A stretch of 64,000 bases of DNA, from positions 6,648 through 70,647 of the forward strand of contig CACOBL010000005.1 of assembly GCA_902625455.1 (NCBI GenBank), given 5' to 3'. Shown here in pieces: positions 30,437 through 40,667 of the stretch. The stretch comes from an uncultured Candidatus Actinomarina sp. GTDB lineage: Bacteria; Actinomycetota; Acidimicrobiia; Actinomarinales; Actinomarinaceae. The notes under the pieces were generated by a model, which did not search any database, was not told where the DNA came from, and saw only the letters and a program-made list of their open reading frames with translations. Made by a program: the position numbers and the translations under genes. Every line of letters starts with the position of its first letter. Position 1 is the first letter of the stretch.

Positions 30437-30887
30437 AAATTTTAGGTGAATATTCTTCCCAAGGATTCCAGTATTTAGCATCAAATCGATGATCATCTTT
30501 CATAGAATCCTCCAATAAAAAGGATGAAAAATACATTACTTTACTTTCTGAATTCAAATTTATAGCACCATTTGCATATCCTGGGGGGACGTAAAGCAGA
30601 CCTGAATTTTCATCTACTTTATATTTTAATATTTCTAAATTTTTTGAAGGCTGATCCCAGTTATCAATTTTGACTAAACAGATTAAAAATTCACCTTTTA
30701 AAACTTTTATAAGTTTTTCTTCTAATTTATGACCATGCCATGCTCTCACAGTTCCTTTTATTGGATTTGATACAATATAAAACCTTTTGTAATAATCAAG
30801 CTTTAATTCGTTATAAAATTCAACATAACCTCTGTGATCTTCCGATTTTCCAACATCTAACAGTAAGGGAACACTTGATGCAGTCAT
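30429..30887 (-). CDS. RmlC-like cupin sugar epimerase
   Basis: DHRG, VRAWHGH, YVPPGYANG. Confidence 0.85.
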   Translation of the reverse strand: MTASSVPLLLDVGKSEDHRGYVEFYNELKLDYYKRFYIVSNPIKGTVRAWHGHKLEEKLIKVLKGEFLICLVKIDNWDQPSKNLEILKYKVDENSGLLYVPPGYANGAINLNSESKVMYFSSFLLEDSMKDDHRFDAKYWNPWEEYSPKIYE

Positions 30888-31819
30888 TAGCTAAGTCCAA
30901 ATTCTTCCAAAAAATTTTGGTTTGAGTATCTTTTATGATTAACATTTTTTATTCTATTGTTTACAATTAAATCGTAAATTTCATTAATCCCAGTATTCAA
31001 ATCTATTTCTGCCTGAAATCCAGTCTCTTTCAATAATTTCTCACTACTGACTTGGTAATTTCTTGCATCTTGAAATTTCATTGGAGTTGTTTCAATGATT
31101 GCTGAATCAACTTTATTTACAATTGCTTCCGCAATATCAATAATTTTAAAATTTTTATAATGTAAATTAAAAATTCCATTAGTTTCAGAATCGATAGTTT
31201 GTTCTATTGCATTAGCAACATCATTGACGTGTAGTAAAGGTCTCCACTGTTCGCCGCCAAATACTGTCAACTTCCCTTCAGTCAAAGCTTTGGTGACAAG
31301 AATATTTACAACAAGGTCTAATCTTATTCTTGAAAATGCATCACTGATTCCAAAAAGTGTACCTAATCTGAATATTATTGCGTTTGATTGTTTTAGATAT
31401 TCTTCTGCTTGAACTTTTGAGGAGGCGTATTCGGATAATGGATTAATTGAAGAATCCTCATTTAAAAGTCCATCCTGTGCTCCATATACTGAACAAGTTG
31501 AAAGAAAAACTATACGCTTTTTAAAATTCTCGACTAAAAATTTTACAGAATCTGAATTAATTTCAAAAGTTAATTTTGGATTTATTGCACATGCCCCATC
31601 ACCAACTAATGCTGCAAGCCAAATTACTGCATCATTGTTTTTAAATAATTTTAATAATTTGGATTGTTCTCTAACATCTCCATAAACAAAATTTACATCT
31701 TTCCTGTAAGATTCTTCATAAATCAATGAGTCATAAACGGTGACTTGATGGTGCTTCTTAAGTTTATCAACTATACCACCACCTACATAACCAGCACCGC
31801 CAACAATTAAAATATTCAC
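30887..31819 (-). CDS. NAD-dependent epimerase/dehydratase (extended SDR)
   Basis: GGAGYVG, STCSVYG, YASSK; GTG start. Confidence 0.88.
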   Translation of the reverse strand: MNILIVGGAGYVGGGIVDKLKKHHQVTVYDSLIYEESYRKDVNFVYGDVREQSKLLKLFKNNDAVIWLAALVGDGACAINPKLTFEINSDSVKFLVENFKKRIVFLSTCSVYGAQDGLLNEDSSINPLSEYASSKVQAEEYLKQSNAIIFRLGTLFGISDAFSRIRLDLVVNILVTKALTEGKLTVFGGEQWRPLLHVNDVANAIEQTIDSETNGIFNLHYKNFKIIDIAEAIVNKVDSAIIETTPMKFQDARNYQVSSEKLLKETGFQAEIDLNTGINEIYDLIVNNRIKNVNHKRYSNQNFLEEFGLS

Positions 31820-31839
31820 AATTCAATACTATATGCTAA

Positions 31840-32919
31840 CTAAACATTAAACGTATTACTATAAAAATTTTCCAATCTATAAGCTGAATTTTCAATAGAA
31901 AAGTTTTTACTGATATATTCTTTTTGGATATTTTGGGCTTTTTTTAAGATTTCACAATTATTATCAAAATAACTTTTAATCAATATTGCTATTTGTTCGG
32001 GGTTTTCTCTGTTTACAAGTGAATTGAATTTATTACTTACAAATTCATTAAGCGGACTAATGTTTGAACATATTACAGCAACATTATTTTCAATTGCTTC
32101 AAGAACTACTAAACCAAAGCCTTCGGACTCAGAAAGAAACAAAAAAAGATCAATTTGATCAAAAAATTTATCTATATCTGAAAAGTGATCAAAAAATTCA
32201 ACATTATCATCAATGTTTAATTCCTTAGATATTTTTTTTAAATTATTTAAATATCCAATATCATCTGAACCAGCTAACTTTAAAGTAAAATCAATATTTT
32301 CATTTTTTAGATAATGAGCAGTTTCAAGTACTTTGTCAAAACCTTTCCAAGGTAAAATTCTCGCAGCCATTCCAATTATGTTTTTATTTTTAACTTTTTG
32401 TTCTCTGTCTTTAATTTTGACTCCATAATAAATAGTCTTAATTAAATTGTTATCAATATCTTTTTCTTCGACTAACCAATCTTTAATTGACTCTGATATT
32501 GATATAACACCTGAGGACCTGTTTAATGTTTTTTTCCAAAAGAAATTTGAAAATACATACTTTAATTTACTTTCACTTTTTCTCGAACCATATTTTGCAT
32601 GAACCGACACGATATGTTTAAATTTTTCATTAAATAATCTTAACAATCCAACAATTAAATCTGCTTTAGGTAAGTGTGAATGAACTATATCATATTCATT
32701 TTTATCAATTATATTTTTTAAATAGAATATAGAATTTTTAAAATAGAGATTATTATTTTTCAACATTGATTTTATAGAATCTCCGTTTTCATATATATCA
32801 AAAGTGAATACATCAATATCTGTATTTTTAATTTCTTGTAACACATTAGCCAATTGAACCTCAGCTCCATCTTTTTTCAATGTTGGTAATACATGTAATA
32901 CTTTTAACTTTTTATTCAT
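31840..32919 (-). CDS. GT4 glycosyltransferase
   Basis: GAEVQL, RILPWKG, EGFGLVVLEA. Confidence 0.9.
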   Translation of the reverse strand: MNKKLKVLHVLPTLKKDGAEVQLANVLQEIKNTDIDVFTFDIYENGDSIKSMLKNNNLYFKNSIFYLKNIIDKNEYDIVHSHLPKADLIVGLLRLFNEKFKHIVSVHAKYGSRKSESKLKYVFSNFFWKKTLNRSSGVISISESIKDWLVEEKDIDNNLIKTIYYGVKIKDREQKVKNKNIIGMAARILPWKGFDKVLETAHYLKNENIDFTLKLAGSDDIGYLNNLKKISKELNIDDNVEFFDHFSDIDKFFDQIDLFLFLSESEGFGLVVLEAIENNVAVICSNISPLNEFVSNKFNSLVNRENPEQIAILIKSYFDNNCEILKKAQNIQKEYISKNFSIENSAYRLENFYSNTFNV

Positions 32920-34093
32920 TTGAAAAGTCCTTGATAGTTTTAAAAAGCATCAAAAAAAATAAAACTGAAATTGAATGATTTTGTATAAAATCACCTGTAA
33001 ATGATAGTGCAACAAAAGCTCCTAAAAACAAATACTCCGACTTAAATATATTTACTTTAAAATTATGCAAAAATTTGATAAAAGCATTTAAAAATATGTT
33101 TAAAAAAAGTATCAAACCAAAAAATCCATAATCTAAAACAACAAATAAAAAGGAATTATGTGGTCCAGTGGGTCTCAAGTCTTTTGAAAACTGGTCTAAT
33201 GATTTAATTTCATCTCTAACAAGTCCAAAATTGTTATGACCATAACCAAAAATATTTTGGGATATATTTCTTGAAGAAATGTCAGAAACACTGGCTTGTT
33301 GCATTTGAATTCTATCTTCTATACCTTGAGTCTCAGCTTCTGAAGTAATTCTTTCAATAAATCCAAAATTTATTGTTATCAAAATTGAAGCAAATAATAA
33401 ACCTACTTTTAGAAAATAAGTTTTGCTAAAAAAATAAAATAAAAGAATTAAAATCAATATAACTATTGATGCCCTACTGTATGTAAAAAAACAACCTAAC
33501 ACTCCAAGGAATATCAGATAATTATATTTTGTATCAGAGAACTTTGATACGGTAAATACAGTGAGACATGCAATTAGAGCTCCAAATGCGTTTGGACCAC
33601 CAGCTTGTAAACCATTCATTCTCCCATTTGTAAAAATCCATTGATTTTCGTTGAATCCAATCTTCCAGTAATCATATGCATCACTACCAAGATTAATTTC
33701 AAGAATATAAAGTAATATTGAAAAAAATGATACAAATATCATTAAATATTTGAAAAAATTATCAATTATGGCAAGATCATCAATATTCAAAATTGTTATA
33801 AATAGTAAAATATAGAATAAGTAACGTAAACTTTCACTAAAAATAATTTGATTATTAATTAACAAATTTTGAATACTAATATACGAAAAAAATAAAAAAA
33901 GTGGCAATGTTTCTTTTAAAAATATTCTTTTTATATTTTTTAGAAAATAATTTATTAAGAAAAGTAGAAAAAATATTAATACTGGAATATCATCTACTTG
34001 CAAATTCTTTGAAATATTAATGTGGGGTGTTAAAGGAATTAATAGACAAAAAAATAATTGTAAACTTACTAAATTATCTTTATATTTAACCAT
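32912..34093 (-). CDS. O-antigen ligase/Wzy_C-like membrane protein
   Basis: GRMNG...GPN, TYSRAS, GYG...HNSFL; about 10-12 TMs. Confidence 0.82.
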   Translation of the reverse strand: MVKYKDNLVSLQLFFCLLIPLTPHINISKNLQVDDIPVLIFFLLFLINYFLKNIKRIFLKETLPLFLFFSYISIQNLLINNQIIFSESLRYLFYILLFITILNIDDLAIIDNFFKYLMIFVSFFSILLYILEINLGSDAYDYWKIGFNENQWIFTNGRMNGLQAGGPNAFGALIACLTVFTVSKFSDTKYNYLIFLGVLGCFFTYSRASIVILILILLFYFFSKTYFLKVGLLFASILITINFGFIERITSEAETQGIEDRIQMQQASVSDISSRNISQNIFGYGHNNFGLVRDEIKSLDQFSKDLRPTGPHNSFLFVVLDYGFFGLILFLNIFLNAFIKFLHNFKVNIFKSEYLFLGAFVALSFTGDFIQNHSISVLFFLMLFKTIKDFSNE

Positions 34094-34797
34094 CTTTTTA
34101 ATCCATTCTGTAAAAGAAATAAGAAAGCTTCATAAACAATTTTTCTTGACATTTTTGAATTTCCAAGAGATCTTTCGTTAAAAATTATTGGCACCTCTTT
34201 AATATTCAGTTTTTTTTCTAAACATCTAATTGTCATTTCAATTTGAAAAGAATATCCATCTGATTTTGTTGAAAAATAATCAATTTCAAGGAGAGATTTA
34301 TTTGAATAGGATCTAAAACCACTTGTCATATCATTTATTTTGCTTCTTAGAAGAACTTTAGATAGCTTATTAGCATAACTTGATAATAATTTTCTTTTAA
34401 GATCCCAACCAATGCTTCCACCACCAGGTATATATCTACTGCCAATTACAACATCAAAATCTTTAGAATTTTTTAGTATTATTTCAAGATCTTCAAATCT
34501 ATGTGAAAAATCGGCATCCATTTCAATAAAGTATTTGTATCCATTATTTATACCCCACTTAAAACCGTCTCTATATGCAGAACCAAGACCTAATTTACCA
34601 CTACGCTTAAGAAGATTAACTTGTTCAATATTTTCTGATATCTGTTGTACAAAATCTCCGGTACCATCAGGAGAATTGTCATCTACTACTAAAATTGAAA
34701 CATCAATTTCAGTTATTTTTTTAATAAATTCTTCTATGTTATCGATCTCGTTATAAGTTGGGATAACAACTAAATGAGAATTTGAAGAAATATTCAA
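34069..34797 (-). CDS. ppm1: Polyprenol-monophosphomannose synthase (Ppm1-like GT2)
   Basis: IPTYNE, VDDNSPDGT, GLGSAYRDGF, EMDADFSH, GYSFQIEM. Confidence 0.85.
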   Translation of the reverse strand: MNISSNSHLVVIPTYNEIDNIEEFIKKITEIDVSILVVDDNSPDGTGDFVQQISENIEQVNLLKRSGKLGLGSAYRDGFKWGINNGYKYFIEMDADFSHRFEDLEIILKNSKDFDVVIGSRYIPGGGSIGWDLKRKLLSSYANKLSKVLLRSKINDMTSGFRSYSNKSLLEIDYFSTKSDGYSFQIEMTIRCLEKKLNIKEVPIIFNERSLGNSKMSRKIVYEAFLFLLQNGLKRWLNIKII

Positions 34798-34802
34798 CTT
34801 TT

Positions 34803-36371
34803 CTACGAACCATCTCCATCAAGATCGACAGCATTAATTGTTGCATCAATGCCAACAGCTTTACCTTCGTTTTCTAAATCAAAAGACCATCTGTGCTTTG
34901 GGCAAATTAGAAATCTTTCATCTTCAATTTGATGAGTTGTTAAATCGCTACCTTGATGAGGACAAAACTTATCTATAGAATACATTACACCACCAGCTTC
35001 AATAGTTATTCTTTCTCTTTGGTTTTGTAATCTCATTAAATTTTCAACAAAATCTGGAACGTCTTCTATCTCCATTGTTAAGAAACCATTAATTGCAACC
35101 TGGTAAATATCCGGGGTTCTTTTAAGTTTATGTCTAAAAGAAAGCATAAAATCTTCCCAATTGCAGTACCCATCAAGTAATCTCCCTATATCTCCAGCAG
35201 AGCAACTGATTTCGTAAATTCCTTCTAAGTTTTTTGTTTTATCCAAAATATCAATCGTCTTATTGTCAAAATCAACATATATAGATGTTTCTGAAATTTC
35301 GTCTAGACTAAATTCCATCGTTACATTCATTTTTTGTTCAATCTTGAATTTACTTAGTTTCATTTTAAGTTCATCAAATAATTTTTTTTGAATGTCTAAT
35401 GGTTCATAATTTACTTTTTGATTTTCTCTTTCTTTAAATACGTACTCGTACTGCTCAGCATAATTTTTTATATTTTCTTTATCATATTCAGCTTCAACAT
35501 CTGCAACTTGATGGAAAACATCTATATCACCAGAATTTAGTTCAAAAGCACTTCCAGGAATAGGAACTTCAACTTTTAAATCTGGGAGCTCTTTATTTAA
35601 ATAGTCTTTAAATTTGTACGGTGAAGAAAATATATTAACTTCTTCATAATTGATTGATACTAAATTTGGATCTAAAAATACAGGGGGGCCTGCTGCAGGT
35701 ATATAAAAATTAGGTTCAAACTTTTTTAGCAAGTTTTTAACTGAGCCAAATTTTCCATAAACCTTGGATTCTGAAATTTCTTTGTATTTTCTTTCTGGAT
35801 ACTCATAACATACTGGGTGAAATACAGCTCCCGAAAATTGGCAAGTAAATATGTCAAATTTTTTGTATATTTTTTTTAGCTCGTCGACACGATCATAAAC
35901 TTTACAATCATTTAAGTTGAGAAAAGTAAAATCTATATCCTTGTCAACAAGGCCAATGGCAGAATCTCTAACAATTTCTTGATCATCTAAAAAAAGTCTT
36001 AATTCTAGATTATCAATATTTATTACTTCTGAGTCAATAGGTGTCATAACCGATTTTGGATTTAATTTTTTTAATACTGATGCAACATGATCCCTGCGAA
36101 ATTTAGGTGTTATAAAATTAATTTTACTAAGTTCAAGTGTTTTTAAATAAGGGACGTCAAAATGATCTTTATGTTCATGACTAATATATATAAAAATATC
36201 TTTATTTGATTCTTGAATTGTATCTCTAATTTCATCACCTAGATTGTGATTAGAAGGAAACTGATACCAAGATGAGTCAAAAGCTCCTGTTTTAGACATC
36301 CAAGGATCCATTAACAAAATTTTGTCATCAGTTTCATACATAAAGCCAGCATGACCTATAAATTTAAGCAT
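34803..36371 (-). CDS. namH: NamH-like N-acetyl-sugar hydroxylase (MBL fold with C-terminal Rieske domain)
   Basis: GHAG..DPW, SHEHKDH, QFSGA, PAAGPPVFLDP, Rieske CPH-x17-CPKH; motif order matches mycobacterial NamH (Rv3818) as recalled; likely start 36371. Confidence 0.78.
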   Translation of the reverse strand: MLKFIGHAGFMYETDDKILLMDPWMSKTGAFDSSWYQFPSNHNLGDEIRDTIQESNKDIFIYISHEHKDHFDVPYLKTLELSKINFITPKFRRDHVASVLKKLNPKSVMTPIDSEVINIDNLELRLFLDDQEIVRDSAIGLVDKDIDFTFLNLNDCKVYDRVDELKKIYKKFDIFTCQFSGAVFHPVCYEYPERKYKEISESKVYGKFGSVKNLLKKFEPNFYIPAAGPPVFLDPNLVSINYEEVNIFSSPYKFKDYLNKELPDLKVEVPIPGSAFELNSGDIDVFHQVADVEAEYDKENIKNYAEQYEYVFKERENQKVNYEPLDIQKKLFDELKMKLSKFKIEQKMNVTMEFSLDEISETSIYVDFDNKTIDILDKTKNLEGIYEISCSAGDIGRLLDGYCNWEDFMLSFRHKLKRTPDIYQVAINGFLTMEIEDVPDFVENLMRLQNQRERITIEAGGVMYSIDKFCPHQGSDLTTHQIEDERFLICPKHRWSFDLENEGKAVGIDATINAVDLDGDGS

Positions 36372-36377
36372 AAAATA

Positions 36378-36383
36378 ATAGTA
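36378..36383 (-). promoter_or_regulatory. -10 box (TACTAT) of a probable leaderless namH operon
   Basis: 6 nt before ATG 36371; divergent TAGACT at 36424-36429 sits 6 nt before GTG 36436. Confidence 0.55.
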
Positions 36384-36435
36384 ATAGAACCAAGAAATAT
36401 CCAAAGATAATGGCGAAAAGAGTTAGACTTTAATA

Positions 36436-37428
36436 GTGGAAAAAATAGTAGTAACAGGAGCATGCGGATTTATTGGGTTCAATTTTGCAAAATCATTATC
36501 TAAACAAGTTGAAATAATCGGTATTGACTCACTCAATGATGCTTATGATCCAAAGTTAAAAGAACTTCGTTTAGATGAACTCAATAAAAATGAAAATTTT
36601 AATTTTTTTGAGTTAAATTTATCCAATAAAAAAATTTTAGAGGAAAATATTGAAATTTTTAATGATGTAGATTTAATTTTGCATCTTGGAGCTAGAGCAG
36701 GTGTTAGACAGAGTTATCTAGAACCTAATAAATACATTGATGATAATACGTCTGCGACGACTAATCTTGCAATGTTAACAAAAAATATTGGTATTAAAAG
36801 ATTTATTATTGCATCAACTTCATCTATTTATGGTGATACAGGTGAAAAGTTTGCTGTAGAAAACCAAGATGAGCTTGCAGATCCACCATCAATTTATGCA
36901 GCTACAAAAATGTTTGGAGAAACTATGGTAAAAAATATATTATCTGAAGAGGAAAATATTGTACAGATACCAAGGTTTTTTACAGTTTATGGTCCTTACG
37001 GTAGGCCAGATATGTCAATTCTGAGATTTATTCACTGGATTTCCACCAAAAAAGAAGTAATTCTATATGGTACTGGAGAGCAAAGAAGATCGTTTACTTA
37101 TATTGATGATGTAGTTGAAGGTCTAAACAAGCTGTGTAAATTTGAAGGGAGTGGTACTTTTAATTTTGGCTCAAACACAACTTGGTCACTGAATGAAGTA
37201 ATTAGCAAAATTGAAGAGAAATTAAATATTGAAGCTAATGTTACATATAAGGAAAGGGCCTTTCGTGATGTAGATATGGTTTTGCCCAGTTTAGAAAATT
37301 CAAAAACTAAACTTGGTTGGGAGCCAACTACAGATATGAACACTGGATTAGATAAAACCATTGAATGGTATAAAAAATACGAAAATGAATTGGCAGATAT
37401 TAAATTTAAGTATGACTATGAAAAATAA
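36436..37428 (+). CDS. UDP-glucuronate 4-epimerase-like SDR
   Basis: GACGFIG, ARAGVRQS, YAATK, RFFTVYGPYGRPDM. Confidence 0.85.
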   Translation: MEKIVVTGACGFIGFNFAKSLSKQVEIIGIDSLNDAYDPKLKELRLDELNKNENFNFFELNLSNKKILEENIEIFNDVDLILHLGARAGVRQSYLEPNKYIDDNTSATTNLAMLTKNIGIKRFIIASTSSIYGDTGEKFAVENQDELADPPSIYAATKMFGETMVKNILSEEENIVQIPRFFTVYGPYGRPDMSILRFIHWISTKKEVILYGTGEQRRSFTYIDDVVEGLNKLCKFEGSGTFNFGSNTTWSLNEVISKIEEKLNIEANVTYKERAFRDVDMVLPSLENSKTKLGWEPTTDMNTGLDKTIEWYKKYENELADIKFKYDYEK

Positions 37429-38398
37429 TTTAAAAAGAATTGTAATTACAGGTGGAGCTGGTTTTATTGGCTCTAATCTTTCTAGAAAACTTTTAAAAGA
37501 GGGTGCTGAGAAGATATTAATTATTGATGACCTATCTACTGGAAAAATTAAAAATATAGAAGACCTAATGAAATTAGATGAAATTGAATTTATAGAATCG
37601 CGCGTCGAGGACGTTGAAAATTTAAATAAAACTTTATCAAATTTTGATTTTTGTTTTCATCTAGCTGCTGGAGTAGGAGTTCAATATATTATGGAAAATG
37701 TAAGCAAAGCTTTACTCACTAATATTGAAGCTACTCATTTGATGATTGAAGCCTGTAAAGTTAATAATCTTCCAATTTTAATTACATCTACTTCTGAGGT
37801 TTATGGTGTTTCAAATGATAAGGTTTGGACTGAAGAAACAAAAAGTTTAATTGGTCCGCCTACAAAATTAAGGTGGTCTTATGCTGCTTCAAAATTAATT
37901 GACGAATTTCTTGTTCTTTCAGAATTTAATGATGGAAATTTAAATCCTATTGTTGTGAGGCTTTTTAATATTATAGGACCTAACCAAGTTTCTGATTTTG
38001 GTATGGTAGTTCCGAAATTTATTAAAGCTGCTCTTAATGGAGATGAATTAATTGTTCATGGTAGTGGAGAACAAACAAGATCCTTTACGTGGGTTCAAGA
38101 TGTAATTGAATACTTTTATTTACTTGCTAATAAGAAACTTTATGGAGAGATTTTTAATATAGGTCAAACTGAAGAGATTTCTATTAATAACTTAGCAAAA
38201 TTAGTAGTAGAGCTTACAGAGTCAAATTCTAAGATTACTTATTTACCACATGAAGAAGTTTACGGATCAAAGTTTGAAGACCCTATGAGAAGAACACCAT
38301 CAATTGATAAAATCGTTAATGCAACTGGTTACTCGCCAACAATGGAAATACCAGATATGATCAGAGAAATTATTAAATATAAAAAAACAAACCCTTGA
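37418..38398 (+). CDS. NAD-dependent epimerase/decarboxylase-like SDR
   Basis: GGAGFIG, STSEVYG, RWSYAASK; likely start 37412 or 37418. Confidence 0.85.
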   Translation: MKNNLKRIVITGGAGFIGSNLSRKLLKEGAEKILIIDDLSTGKIKNIEDLMKLDEIEFIESRVEDVENLNKTLSNFDFCFHLAAGVGVQYIMENVSKALLTNIEATHLMIEACKVNNLPILITSTSEVYGVSNDKVWTEETKSLIGPPTKLRWSYAASKLIDEFLVLSEFNDGNLNPIVVRLFNIIGPNQVSDFGMVVPKFIKAALNGDELIVHGSGEQTRSFTWVQDVIEYFYLLANKKLYGEIFNIGQTEEISINNLAKLVVELTESNSKITYLPHEEVYGSKFEDPMRRTPSIDKIVNATGYSPTMEIPDMIREIIKYKKTNP

Positions 38399-39534
38399 AA
38401 ATATTAATTACTGTTGGAATATTTCCTCCAGATATTGGGGGTCCAGCAAGTTTTGTTCCTAAAATAGCAGAATTGTACTCGAATTCTGGACATGATGTTA
38501 CTGTTGTCTGCCTTACAGATAAAAAACAAACTGACAAATTGAACTTTAAAGTAGTCAGAATCTTAAGAAATCAAAACTTACTCATAAGGTGGATAAAGAC
38601 AGTATCTCAAATAATTCGTCAAGGGTACAATGCTGATTTGTTATTTGTAAATGGGCTGCCTATGGAGTCATATATTGCAAATATATTTACTAGAAAAAAA
38701 TTAATTAGAAAAATTGTTGGCGACTGGGCCTGGGAGAGAGGCATGAACAAAAAAATTATTAATGAGTCTTTTGATGAATTCCAAAATAATAAACACAATC
38801 TGCATCTTGAAATTGCTAAATTTTCAAGAGGATGGACTGCTACAAAAGCTGATCTGATTATTACACCTTCAAACCATCTAAAAAATGTAGTTAAGGGATG
38901 GGGTGTGAAGGAAAATAGTATAAAAGTAATTTACAATGGGACAAAACTCAAAAATAAACCAGACCCAATAGACGATCAACCTTATGATTATTTAAAATTT
39001 ATTACAATAGGCAGGCTCGCACCATGGAAAAATATAGATATTATTATTCAAGCTTTAAGTGATTATAAAAAAGCAAATCAAAATTTTATTTTCTATATTG
39101 TTGGTTCTGGACCTGAAGAAATAAAATTAAAGAAACTAGTTAATGACCTGGATTTAGAAAACTTTGTTACATTTACTGGACAATTATTAAAAGATGATCT
39201 AAATTATTATTTACAAGAATCTGATATTTATATTCAAGCATCTAGCTATGAGGGCTTGCCTCACGTAATACTGGAAGCTATGAGTCATAATCTTTCAATA
39301 ATAAGTACTCCAATAGGAGGAACAAATGAAGTTATTCAAGATGGTAAAAATGGCTGGGTTTGGGAACTAGAAAACAATTTCAAACCAAACAAAAATAATC
39401 TCGTAGAAATATTAAATAATTTAAAATTAAATTCATTTGATGATATTAAGAAGAGGACAAATGCTCAAAATCTATTATTTTCTACCTTTGATGAAGACAA
39501 AAATTTTCAGATGTATTTGGAATTATTAAAATGA
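38395..39534 (+). CDS. GT4 glycosyltransferase
   Basis: FPPDIGGP, GRLAPWK, EGLPHVILEAM. Confidence 0.92.
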   Translation: MKILITVGIFPPDIGGPASFVPKIAELYSNSGHDVTVVCLTDKKQTDKLNFKVVRILRNQNLLIRWIKTVSQIIRQGYNADLLFVNGLPMESYIANIFTRKKLIRKIVGDWAWERGMNKKIINESFDEFQNNKHNLHLEIAKFSRGWTATKADLIITPSNHLKNVVKGWGVKENSIKVIYNGTKLKNKPDPIDDQPYDYLKFITIGRLAPWKNIDIIIQALSDYKKANQNFIFYIVGSGPEEIKLKKLVNDLDLENFVTFTGQLLKDDLNYYLQESDIYIQASSYEGLPHVILEAMSHNLSIISTPIGGTNEVIQDGKNGWVWELENNFKPNKNNLVEILNNLKLNSFDDIKKRTNAQNLLFSTFDEDKNFQMYLELLK

Positions 39535-40667
39535 AAAGAAATTTGTTATTTTACGGAACAACAGACTATGGTGAAGAATTATCTAATTCTGATAAGAATA
39601 AATTTAAAGAACTCAGAGAGGGCTTTGAAAATATTTTTGTTTTATCACAAGGAAACCAAAAAGATATCGAAAGTGAATATGTAAAAGTTATTTATTCAAA
39701 AAAAACAAATTCTCAATTATTAAATTATCTGAATTTCTATTTTTTTAATTTTATATTTTTCAAGAATTTTATTAACGAGAACAAAATTGATGTTGTTTCT
39801 GCCAAAGATCCCATTTCAGCATTAATCCCTACCCTACTAAAAAAAACTAAGAAGAATGATTTCAAATTAATTATTGAGCATCACGGAAATTTTTTAGATT
39901 TGTTACTAACTCAAAAAAGATTTTATTTTAAAAGATTGATTGCCTTATTTCTAAAGCTAATTTCAAATTTCACTTATCAAAATTGTGACTTAATTAGAGG
40001 AGTTCATAAAGATGCAACATTGTCTTTAGCAGAAAAATATGATAAAAATTGTACTGTATTTCCTGCATGGGTAGATAACAAAACTTTTATATCAAAAAAA
40101 ATATTAGTTCCTAGAAAAAACATTCTTTTTGTTGGAAATGTAATACCTAGAAAAGGTGTTTTATTCTTAATTAAAGCATTTGAACAATTTACAATTAAAA
40201 CTGGTTATCAAAATAAGTTTTTGATAGTAGGTGATCATCCAAATATCGACTATTCAAATATTTGTAGAAGTTTCATAGCGAATAACAAGATTCTAAACAT
40301 CGAGTTTTTAATGAAAAAATCTCCTGTAGAAATTGCTGAGTTAATGAACAATTCTGAATTATTAGTTATGGCGAGCAGCTTCGAAGGATTACCTAGAGTT
40401 TTAATTGAAAGTGGGTTATGTAACTTGCCTTCAATTTCATCAGATATAAATGGTATATCAACTCCCTTTGGTTCGGAAGGCGGAACAATGCTATATGAGG
40501 AAAATAACCTAGATGACTTAATTTCAAGACTCAACAACTTTTATGAGGACAGTTCACTTAGAGAAAAAATGGCTGAAAAATCTTTTTCCCTATCTCTTAA
40601 ATTATCTGGTGAAGGAAAATTTTTAGAGAGTTGGAAAAATTTAGAAAGCATTCTTTATGAAAAGTAG
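39531..40667 (+). CDS. GT4 glycosyltransferase
   Basis: FVGNVIPRKG, EGLPRVLIES. Confidence 0.9.
   Translation: MKRNLLFYGTTDYGEELSNSDKNKFKELREGFENIFVLSQGNQKDIESEYVKVIYSKKTNSQLLNYLNFYFFNFIFFKNFINENKIDVVSAKDPISALIPTLLKKTKKNDFKLIIEHHGNFLDLLLTQKRFYFKRLIALFLKLISNFTYQNCDLIRGVHKDATLSLAEKYDKNCTVFPAWVDNKTFISKKILVPRKNILFVGNVIPRKGVLFLIKAFEQFTIKTGYQNKFLIVGDHPNIDYSNICRSFIANNKILNIEFLMKKSPVEIAELMNNSELLVMASSFEGLPRVLIESGLCNLPSISSDINGISTPFGSEGGTMLYEENNLDDLISRLNNFYEDSSLREKMAEKSFSLSLKLSGEGKFLESWKNLESILYEK

Noticed and set aside
36372-36404. MDISWFYYYYF extension of the NamH-like ORF as a Tyr-rich leader peptide
   Set aside because: It is the TATTAC/TATTAT promoter sequence read in frame; the likely start is 36371.
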